From the NCBI GenBank assembly GCA_045636565.1, contig JAZTXU010000255.1, forward strand, positions 1 through 49,803: 49,803 bases of DNA. Direction: 5' to 3'. How positions within the stretch are numbered: the stretch's first letter is position 1; each line of letters starts with the position of its first letter. Shown in pieces: positions 43,036 through 49,803 of this stretch. Position numbers and translations under genes: made by a program. Source of the stretch: Acutalibacteraceae bacterium (GTDB taxonomy: Bacteria; Bacillota; Clostridia; Oscillospirales; Acutalibacteraceae). The notes under the pieces were generated by a model that saw only the letters and a program-made list of their open reading frames with translations, made no database searches and had not been told where the DNA came from.

Positions 43036-44376
43036 TTACCGTCTTCCTTTCATAATAAAATACGCCCATCCTCCGGGATTTTTATAGCCCCGCTTTACAG
43101 CAAGGTCGTATAGTTCCTGATATGATCTGCAGCTTCCTTGCTCTATGCGGGCCTTCTTCCGTTCTTTCTCCTGTTCTTCCTTTTCTATAGCCTCTATTTT
43201 CCGAAGTTCTACTTCCTTAACGTTTCTGAGCTCTCTGCCTTTAACCATATATTCAGCTCCACAGTAAGGGCATTTAGGGGCGGTTTTGAAACATTTGAAG
43301 CAATACTCGCATTGCCGAATATTTAATGTGCCATCTTCATTAAATTCCTTGCGTTTTTCTACAGACTGTGTTAAACTCCATTTATGACTATCTGTAGGCA
43401 GTCCATGTTTTTGGACATTACAGACGTAATCTATTATTACGGCTTTTTTGCCCGGTACAGGTGTTAGAACTCTGCAAGCCTGTTGTATAAATAGCGGCAA
43501 GCTGCAGGTCGGTCTTAAAAGTAACGCTACACTGGCGTTTGGTAAAGTTACACCCTCGCTGATGAGGTTACAGTTACATAAAATTTGTACTTCACCATTG
43601 CGAAACATATCCATTCTTACGTTGCGTTCTTTTTGCGACATTGAGCCGTCTATGCTCACAGCTTTTATACCGTTTTTATTAAACATATCTGCTGTTTGTT
43701 TGCTATGTTTTATTGACGTACAATAAGCTATTGCCTGTCTGTTATCTCCTAACTGGCGGTAATACTTTATAACGTCGCCATATATTGCAGATTGACACAT
43801 TAATTCGCTTAACTGCCCGTTATTGTATTCGCCGGCAATGATCTCAATATTATCGGTATCTATGTTTAAATCGGGGGCATAATAATCGTAATCACTTATT
43901 GCGCCCAATTTTATTAGCTCGTTTGCAGTTATACCGGTAACTAAGGTATCTGCCAGCGTTAACGGCTTACCGTCGAGCCTACTTGGTGTGGCGGTAAATA
44001 ATACCCTTTTACAATTGTAATATTTACATACCTTACGGTAAGATGCAGCCTCAGATAAATGTGCTTCGTCTATAATGATTAAGCTCACACTGTCCGGATC
44101 ATATCTCCCCAATCGACTTGCCTCGGTAAAAACCGATTCAACCCTAACTTTTTCCGTTAAAGCTCCTACGCTTTCAAGCAATTCTTTATGCTGATTTATA
44201 AGCGTATGTCGGTGTGCTAACACCAGCACGTTACCCCTTGCCCTTTGTATCATTTGAGCCATAATATAGCTTTTACCGGATCGACAGGGCAGACAACAGA
44301 GAACTCCCTTGCTGCCCTGTGCGAATGCGGCAGTAGCTTTATCAAAAATTTCTTTCTGATAGGGCCTTAGTTCCAC
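43036..44376 (-). CDS. SF2 DEAH-box helicase with a C-terminal zinc ribbon
   Basis: Walker A LPCRSGKS, DEAH box IIIDEAH, and CEYCFKCFKTAPKCPYCG. Confidence 0.8.
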   Translation of the reverse strand: MELRPYQKEIFDKATAAFAQGSKGVLCCLPCRSGKSYIMAQMIQRARGNVLVLAHRHTLINQHKELLESVGALTEKVRVESVFTEASRLGRYDPDSVSLIIIDEAHLSEAASYRKVCKYYNCKRVLFTATPSRLDGKPLTLADTLVTGITANELIKLGAISDYDYYAPDLNIDTDNIEIIAGEYNNGQLSELMCQSAIYGDVIKYYRQLGDNRQAIAYCTSIKHSKQTADMFNKNGIKAVSIDGSMSQKERNVRMDMFRNGEVQILCNCNLISEGVTLPNASVALLLRPTCSLPLFIQQACRVLTPVPGKKAVIIDYVCNVQKHGLPTDSHKWSLTQSVEKRKEFNEDGTLNIRQCEYCFKCFKTAPKCPYCGAEYMVKGRELRNVKEVELRKIEAIEKEEQEKERKKARIEQGSCRSYQELYDLAVKRGYKNPGGWAYFIMKGRR

Positions 44377-44834
44377 GGTACGTCACTCGTAACTTCGGTA
44401 AATTCAGGAGCTGCAGCTGCAGCAGCTTTTTTACCCGGTTCTACCCAAGGGTCCAATTTACTCTGTCTATCTTTATTAATGAAAAAAGCTATTTTTGCGG
44501 TAATATCCCCGTTGTGGTTTTCGTGCCTGATTCTCGCAGCACCAACTTTTCCAATCCAAGTAGATAAATTAAAGTTGCCCATTGGTATTCCAAAGCTATT
44601 CCACATTTGGCCAAGTCTCTGATTTGTCATTTTCTGATTATCTTTCATAAATACTAAGAAGTGCCATATAGTGCTGTTATGCCCTGAAACTTCAAGTACA
44701 AGCTTTATCATCTGATTGCCCGCACTACTTATTTGTTCCTCGGCAGAGGCAATTCGTACTCTGTAATCCCCTTCAGGGATAGGCTTAAAGGTTACTTCTT
44801 CATAATCATTTGCGTTATAATTCCAATTAATCAT
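44367..44834 (-). CDS. DUF669-like phage protein (possible ssDNA-binding role)
   Basis: The N-terminal pattern FKPIPEGDYRVRIASAE and its position next to a Sak4-like ATPase are typical of this module. Confidence 0.5.
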   Translation of the reverse strand: MINWNYNANDYEEVTFKPIPEGDYRVRIASAEEQISSAGNQMIKLVLEVSGHNSTIWHFLVFMKDNQKMTNQRLGQMWNSFGIPMGNFNLSTWIGKVGAARIRHENHNGDITAKIAFFINKDRQSKLDPWVEPGKKAAAAAAPEFTEVTSDVPWN

Positions 44835-44929
44835 TTTATATTTCCTCCAAATATTGCTAATAAAGTTATTATTAAAAATTCAAATGCCAGTGTTGTCATT
44901 ACGCCAAGTAAAAAATCTCCAACTACCAT
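44831..44929 (-). CDS. Possible 32-aa hydrophobic peptide
   Basis: TAATG and ATGA overlaps with both neighbours. MVVGDFLLGVMTTLAFEFLIITLLAIFGGNIK. Confidence 0.3.
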   Translation of the reverse strand: MVVGDFLLGVMTTLAFEFLIITLLAIFGGNIK

Positions 44930-45564
44930 TACTTTTTACCTCCAGAAAATATATCTTCGGGTAGTATAGATTTTCTGCACATAACCTGATCCTTTGCCAT
45001 AAGGGTGTCTCTTGCCTCGGTAACGTAAAACCAACGCTTATTTCCGTCGTTATCGTTTGCTGTAGTTATATAAGCTATTACGTTACATAAGCCGCATACT
45101 TGCTGTTTTATCTTCGGCGGTATCATTGGCGACATACGGTTTTTTATCTCTCCGCTCGGAGTTGTTATTTCCTCAACATCTTCCCAACAGGTGAAGATAC
45201 AGTCGGTGCCGCAGTGTGCAGCTCTACGAACCAGCGCTTTTACCTTTGTGTAAACCAACATATAGGCTTGTCTTATATCGTTAAATGCCTTACTTTCTCT
45301 GCATTCTACGATAAAGCCGTCTATAAGGTCGGTTAAACAATCGGTAATAATTGTGTCATACTGTTTAGACTCCGTTGCCGCGTCGAACATTTCCAGATAA
45401 TCTTTGAAGGTTGCCACCTCCTTTATTGTTAATTTTTCACGCTTGAAATTATTTAACACTATTGCTGAATTATCACTTGAAAGCAATAATGTTTTTCCCG
45501 GTACTAGTGTTGAGTTTACTGTTTTTCCGGACCCGGGAGGTCCATAAATAATTGCTGTTGCCAT
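44929..45564 (-). CDS. Sak4-like RecA-fold ATPase (AAA family)
   Basis: Walker A YGPPGSGKT near the N-terminus. 211 aa. Lies in the recombination module. Confidence 0.7.
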   Translation of the reverse strand: MATAIIYGPPGSGKTVNSTLVPGKTLLLSSDNSAIVLNNFKREKLTIKEVATFKDYLEMFDAATESKQYDTIITDCLTDLIDGFIVECRESKAFNDIRQAYMLVYTKVKALVRRAAHCGTDCIFTCWEDVEEITTPSGEIKNRMSPMIPPKIKQQVCGLCNVIAYITTANDNDGNKRWFYVTEARDTLMAKDQVMCRKSILPEDIFSGGKK

Positions 45565-45612
45565 ATTAACGTATTTTCCTTTCTATATTCTCCGTATAAA
45601 CGTAAATGTAAG

Positions 45613-46428
45613 TTAAAAAAAATTACCGTTTGCAATCTGTATCTGTTTTGCCGACATACCCAAATAATTGCTGTCTATCGGCTCGGTAATAATTTTCGTG
45701 GAGGTGCAATAAATACAATCGTATTCTTCGCACCTTTCAGGCTCTATTTCGCCCTTCTTTATTGCTTGAAATCTTCCTACGCTTGCCTTTATTCTTTCCA
45801 ACTCATCGTCAAGATCATACTGCTTGATTTCGGAAACTGCTAAATGCGGCGGATCTTCCTTCGTTGCAATTACAAGAAAGAAGGGTAATCGTTTACCTGT
45901 ATTCTGATATACAATCTCCTGATATACCGCACCCTGCGCCACATAGTTCCAATATTTAACCATTGGTTCAAACATATTAGGGCTACGTAAGCTTGCCATA
46001 TATTTAAGATCTGCAATAAATTCACCCTTTTTATATGAATCCATTTTAATCTTAAAAGGCACACCGGCTATTTCGCCCGTCATAATCTTCTGCTTTTGCC
46101 CTGATAGATATTTCATCATAAGAGGCTGCTTTTTTACTTTTTCTACAGCGTCCATAGCTTTTTGTATATCTGCATAGGGTTCGCCGTTTTTCTTATAAAG
46201 CTCCGAATAATTTTCCGTTATAAATGCTTCTTTGGATTTTTTGGTACCTGTTAACATTTCATCAACGTAGGAGCCTAAAAGCAACGCTCTCGATTCAGGT
46301 CTTATGTATTCACCCTTTAATTCCGCTAAAGCTGCCGCTTCACATTTGCAAAATGCCTTATATTGTGATACCGACATAAATTCGCTGTTAGCTTCAGGGC
46401 TAAAATAATTCTTGCCATTAATCCTCAT
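45613..46428 (-). CDS. PD-(D/E)XK exonuclease with Cas4-like cysteines
   Basis: FIADLKYM motif. N-terminal FCKCE and C-terminal CEEYDCIYC. Confidence 0.65.
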   Translation of the reverse strand: MRINGKNYFSPEANSEFMSVSQYKAFCKCEAAALAELKGEYIRPESRALLLGSYVDEMLTGTKKSKEAFITENYSELYKKNGEPYADIQKAMDAVEKVKKQPLMMKYLSGQKQKIMTGEIAGVPFKIKMDSYKKGEFIADLKYMASLRSPNMFEPMVKYWNYVAQGAVYQEIVYQNTGKRLPFFLVIATKEDPPHLAVSEIKQYDLDDELERIKASVGRFQAIKKGEIEPERCEEYDCIYCTSTKIITEPIDSNYLGMSAKQIQIANGNFF

Positions 46429-46618
46429 CTTCTAACATCTCCCACGGTTCTTTTATTTGGGCGCAGTTTTCGCAGCCTAACACTTCACCGGAATTGCTGA
46501 CATAAACGGTTTCATAAACCTCATTACCGCAAACAGGGCAATAGTAATCCTTTTCGGATTTACAGTCCATACAGCCGTCACAATCCTTGTTATATCCTTT
46601 GCTACATCTGTACGCCAT
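46418..46618 (-). CDS. Zinc-finger small protein (66 aa from MAYRCS)
   Basis: RBS aaggaggataaaa. CDGCMDC ... CPVCG ... CENC. Confidence 0.55.
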   Translation of the reverse strand: MAYRCSKGYNKDCDGCMDCKSEKDYYCPVCGNEVYETVYVSNSGEVLGCENCAQIKEPWEMLEDED

Positions 46619-46775
46619 TTTTATCCTCCTTTTCTGTTTCATCTTTCCTTCTTAATTTAAAAGTTACCTCCACTCCTTCTTTTTCTCCAATTAACCACGC
46701 AAGAGTATCACAGAATTTGTGCATATCAAAGTTGTCCCAATTTGTTTTGTCTTCTACTATGGGTTTTCTCTCCAT
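46602..46775 (-). CDS. Hypothetical 57-aa protein (below the ORF-track cutoff)
   Basis: RBS tggaggatagatt then ATG. MERKPIVEDKTNWDNFDMHKFCDTLAWLIGEKEGVEVTFKLRRKDETEKEDKNGVQM. Confidence 0.4.
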   Translation of the reverse strand: MERKPIVEDKTNWDNFDMHKFCDTLAWLIGEKEGVEVTFKLRRKDETEKEDKNGVQM

Positions 46776-46794
46776 AATCTATCCTCCATAGTCT

Positions 46795-46992
46795 TTATAC
46801 CTTATCATAACCAATTTTTTTCATTAATAGATTTTTATCTATGCGCCATTGTTTGCCTATCTGAACAGCCGGTATATCCCCCGTCACACAGTATCTCCTT
46901 ACAGATTCAATGTTTAATCCCAACAAGACACTGGCTTGCTCTAAAATGAGCAGCGTGGGGACATCATTCCAAGATAAATACGTTTTTACCAT
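46795..46992 (-). CDS. Excisionase-family / MerR-like HTH protein
   Basis: LLILEQASVLLGLNIESVRRYCVTGDIPAVQIGKQWRIDKNLL. Confidence 0.55.
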   Translation of the reverse strand: MVKTYLSWNDVPTLLILEQASVLLGLNIESVRRYCVTGDIPAVQIGKQWRIDKNLLMKKIGYDKV

Positions 46993-47032
46993 AATTTATT
47001 TATTCCTTTCTCCATATAAACGTATAAGATAG

Positions 47033-47251
47033 TTAAAAAAATTTGATGTCATTTACATCAAGAGCGTATCCTTTTTCCGCAAATAGGTTTATTATCTTAA
47101 CCATTTGTGGCGCATTAGGGTAGGATCTTCCTTTTTCCCATTTATACAGAGTATCTACATTTACACCAAGAGTATCAGCTATTTCTTCAGCCTTGATGTT
47201 TGCAATTACTCTGCACGCTTTTAGTGTGATATTATCACGGATATTGACCAT
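47033..47251 (-). CDS. Cro-like XRE-family HTH regulator (72 aa)
   Basis: The start MVNIRDN has RBS aggaggtg. AEEIADTLGVNVDTLYKWEKGRSYP. Divergent from the repressor genes. Confidence 0.7.
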   Translation of the reverse strand: MVNIRDNITLKACRVIANIKAEEIADTLGVNVDTLYKWEKGRSYPNAPQMVKIINLFAEKGYALDVNDIKFF

Positions 47252-47274
47252 ATTTCTCACCTCCTTCTGACTGT

Positions 47275-47303
47275 ATTATATCTCCAATTTTACCATTTGT
47301 CAA
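47275..47303 (-). promoter_or_regulatory. Early lytic promoter
   Basis: Minus strand: TTGACA, exactly 17 nt, TATAAT. Confidence 0.7.
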
Positions 47304-47383
47304 TAGCCTTCTCCGTGAAAACGTATATTTTTCAATTTTTTTCTAAAATATTCCTAGAATTTGAATTTTTTTCATAAAACCCC

Positions 47384-47412
47384 TTGACAAAATTACGTTT
47401 ATAGCGTATTAT
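47384..47412 (+). promoter_or_regulatory. Lysogenic (repressor/integrase) promoter
   Basis: TTGACA, 17-nt spacer, TATTAT. The spacer contains TACGTTTATA. Confidence 0.65.
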
Positions 47413-47476
47413 ATTATGTAAAAGGAGCGTTTAATATGGATATTATTAAGCGCAATGAGAAAAAGGAGCCTTTAAT

Positions 47477-47866
47477 ATGGGGAAAACTACAGCTGATTCG
47501 AAAAATTATAAGATTTTTTCAAAAAACCTACACAGATATGTAGAACTTTCTGGAAAAACGCAAGCAGAAATAGCAAAGGTAGTTGACGTAAGCAGAGGCA
47601 CATTCAATGATTGGATGCACGAAAGAGCTTATCCAAGAATAGATAAGTTGCAAAATCTTGCGGATTTTTTTGACATTGAGCTCTCTGATTTGATCGAGGA
47701 TGACAATATACACTTATCTTCAGAAGCAAAAAAACTAGCGTTTGATTTAAAAAATAATCCTATGGAATTGGATTTTCTCAGCAATTTTAGGAAATTATCA
47801 GCAGAAAACAAAAAGACAGTTTTAATGTTAATCAAAACTATGAATATAACGGATGATAGTATATAA
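47477..47866 (+). CDS. XRE-family repressor paralog 1 (CI-like)
   Basis: KTQAEIAKVVDVSRGTFNDWMHERAYPRIDKLQNLADFFDIELSDLIE. Confidence 0.75.
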   Translation: MGKTTADSKNYKIFSKNLHRYVELSGKTQAEIAKVVDVSRGTFNDWMHERAYPRIDKLQNLADFFDIELSDLIEDDNIHLSSEAKKLAFDLKNNPMELDFLSNFRKLSAENKKTVLMLIKTMNITDDSI

Positions 47867-47879
47867 AGGAGTGTTTAAT

Positions 47880-48245
47880 ATGAATAAACCAGTAACCGAC
47901 TTAGGGAATCAGGAAATTTTTTCGAGAAACCTAAGCAAGTATGTAAAAGGTTGTGACAAAACGCAAACTGAAATAGCAAAGGCAGTTGGCGTAAGTACAG
48001 GTACTTTCTGTGATTATGTTAAAGGCAGAACGTATCCGAGAATGGATAAGTTACAAAAGCTCGCAGACTTTTTTGGTATAAAAATATCCGATTTAGTTGA
48101 AGAAAAGCCCTCTGAAAAAGATATTACTTTTGCGCAGCAGAAAGAAGAAGTTTTAGAATTGTTCTCGCAAGTACCGGAAGAAAAAAGAGAGCTTGTAATC
48201 TCTCTTATTCGAGTAACAATAGAAAATCTCGAATCATTTCGATAA
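47880..48245 (+). CDS. XRE-family repressor paralog 2
   Basis: KTQTEIAKAVGVSTGTFCDYVKGRTYPRMDKLQKLADFFGIKISDLVE. Start chosen at the repeated leader aaaggagtgtttaatATG. Confidence 0.7.
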   Translation: MNKPVTDLGNQEIFSRNLSKYVKGCDKTQTEIAKAVGVSTGTFCDYVKGRTYPRMDKLQKLADFFGIKISDLVEEKPSEKDITFAQQKEEVLELFSQVPEEKRELVISLIRVTIENLESFR

Positions 48246-48435
48246 TTAAATCTATTGTTTTCTCGTTTATCATTGATAATAAAATTTCATTATAATCGTT
48301 CATTATATTACCCCCAAGAACGAACATTAATTTGCAATTTTATTGTATTATTCGTTTTAAATTATGTCAACAAAAAAATGGGGCTTTTTGTGGCATATTA
48401 AAAAATAAGGTTTAAGAATACAAAGGAGTGAAAAA

Positions 48436-49770
48436 ATGGAGCAAGTAAAAAGAGCTGTGGGTTACATAAGAGTTTCTACAGTTGAGCAATCACTAAAGGG
48501 ACTATCTATAGAAACCCAAACAGCAGAAATCGAGGCGTACGCAAAGCAACACAAGATGAAGCTAGAGGGAATTTACATTGACAGAGGTATAACCGCTCGT
48601 AAAAGCCTTGATAAGCGTGTTGAGTTTATGAGAATGATGCACGATGTAGAGGCCGGCAAAATTGATCACATTATAGTTTTAAGGTTGGACCGTTTCTTCA
48701 GAAATGTTTATGACTATCATAGAATGATGAACGAATACCTACTACCTAATAACTGTGACTGGTCCGCTGTTAAGGAAAGTTACACAACCGAAACAACAAA
48801 CGGTAGGTTGATGATAAATCTCAGACTTTCCATAGCAGAACAAGAGTGTGATACCGATAGCGACAGAATAAAAGACGTATTGGATCACAGGGCAAGGCAG
48901 GGATTTGCCATTACAGGAGCAATGCCTTGGGGTTTAACCATTGTAGATCACAAAGTTGTTCCCGACCCTGAAAAACACCACATAATACAAGATATGTTTA
49001 ATCAAATGGAATTATGTAGTTCCGTAAGAAAAACAAATATGATTATTAACAATAAGTACGATATAAAAATGTCTTATAGTACAACGTTAAGATTATTAAA
49101 AAATCCGCTTTTTTGTGGTGAGTTTCGCGGTATGGAGGATTATTGCGTGCCTTCAGTTACAAGAGAGCAATTTTATAGAGTGCAGCGTCTTATTAAAATA
49201 AATGTAAAAACGAGAAAGAAGACACACACTTACATTTATTCGTCGATGTTAAAATGCGTTCATTGTGGCAGTAAATTGGCAGGGAATAGAAGTGTTCATA
49301 ATGGCGGAGATTATAAGTATTATCGCTGCAATAAAGCAAAGCAAAGCGGATTGTGTGATAATGTCAAACTTATGAACCAAACCAAGCTCGATGAATATTT
49401 ATTAAACAATATCGAGCGCTTGGGGACAAATTTTATACGTGAGACAGAGGCAAAAGAGAAAAAAAACGCCCCAAAGATAAAAAGTAATAAAAAGGCAATA
49501 GAAAAGAAACTGCAAAGACTTAATGACTTATATGTTAACGGATTTATTGAAATGGAAAAATATAAATCTGATTATGATGAATTACAAAGCCAAATTATAG
49601 AAGAGCCCCAAGAAGAAAAGAGAGACCTTACAGCTTTAAAAGAGTTTTTGAATAGTGATTATAAACGCATTTATTCAAAACTTGATGATACCCAAAAACT
49701 TGCATTATGGAGAAAGCTAATCAAGGAAATTAGGGTATCAGGCAATAAAGTAATTGAGGTTGTTTTTTAA
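48436..49770 (+). CDS. int: Large serine recombinase (integrase)
   Basis: GYIRVSTVEQ catalytic motif, recombinase domain, zinc ribbon CVHCGSKLAG...YYRCNKAKQSGLCDN, and a coiled-coil C-terminus. 444 aa. Confidence 0.85.
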   Translation: MEQVKRAVGYIRVSTVEQSLKGLSIETQTAEIEAYAKQHKMKLEGIYIDRGITARKSLDKRVEFMRMMHDVEAGKIDHIIVLRLDRFFRNVYDYHRMMNEYLLPNNCDWSAVKESYTTETTNGRLMINLRLSIAEQECDTDSDRIKDVLDHRARQGFAITGAMPWGLTIVDHKVVPDPEKHHIIQDMFNQMELCSSVRKTNMIINNKYDIKMSYSTTLRLLKNPLFCGEFRGMEDYCVPSVTREQFYRVQRLIKINVKTRKKTHTYIYSSMLKCVHCGSKLAGNRSVHNGGDYKYYRCNKAKQSGLCDNVKLMNQTKLDEYLLNNIERLGTNFIRETEAKEKKNAPKIKSNKKAIEKKLQRLNDLYVNGFIEMEKYKSDYDELQSQIIEEPQEEKRDLTALKEFLNSDYKRIYSKLDDTQKLALWRKLIKEIRVSGNKVIEVVF

Positions 49771-49803
49771 TAACCTCATTTGTACTAACTCCACAACTCC
49801 TGT
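49678..49803. repeat. Second copy of the terminal overlap (same as 1-126)
   Basis: Identical by direct comparison. Confidence 0.95.

Larger units (their letters stand above)
1..49677. mobile_element. Complete circular temperate tailed-phage genome (siphovirus-type gene order) carrying a cargo island
   Basis: The ends overlap exactly. All canonical modules are present: integrase, repressors, replication, terS/terL, portal, capsid, tail, tape measure and lysis. AGGAGG-type RBSs and tight ATGA/TAATG gene overlaps are used throughout. Confidence 0.8.

Noticed and set aside
48246-48435. Alternative attP upstream of int (short inverted tcgttc...gaacga)
   Set aside because: The arms are only 6 bp and the region also has to hold the int RBS. 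The 101-150 dyad is longer. Neither can be settled without host junctions.

Overview
The window is one complete circular genome of 49,677 bp: bases 1-126 are identical to 49678-49803. It is a temperate, siphovirus-type phage of a low-GC Gram-positive (Clostridia-like) host. Almost all lytic genes are on the minus strand. The lysis cassette is at 0.3-1.7 kb and the tail fibre/baseplate genes at 1.7-9.0 kb. The tape measure and frameshifted chaperones are at 9.0-12.4 kb, and the tail, connector, capsid, scaffold and portal genes at 12.4-17.9 kb. terL is at 19.6-21.2 kb, a terS-like gene at 38.3-38.9 kb, and the replication/recombination module at 39.1-46.8 kb. The lysogeny switch, with divergent promoters, a Cro-like gene, two tandem XRE repressor paralogs and a large serine integrase, is at 46.8-49.8 kb. 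The most unusual feature is a cargo island of about 17 kb (about 21.2-38.3 kb) between the terS-like gene and terL. It has no virion or replication genes. It carries a 2136-aa Sec-signal Rhs/YD polymorphic toxin; its 202-aa post-core tip is a roughly 93-aa glycine-zipper hydrophobic block followed by a roughly 105-aa domain I cannot assign. Downstream of the toxin are immunity-like genes. The island also holds three host-like secreted proteins (an orphan solute-binding lipoprotein, a CBM9-like protein and a LamG/DUF1080-like anchored protein) and a truncated SPFH-family gene fragment. It further contains a second serine recombinase whose frame is broken by a single TAA just before an in-frame helix-turn-helix, a plus-strand operon of tiny genes, and several arrays of palindromic or iterated DNA motifs. 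Another moron, a zinc-ribbon membrane protein with a consensus promoter, sits between the portal gene and terL. All functional calls come from reading motifs by eye; no searches were run.
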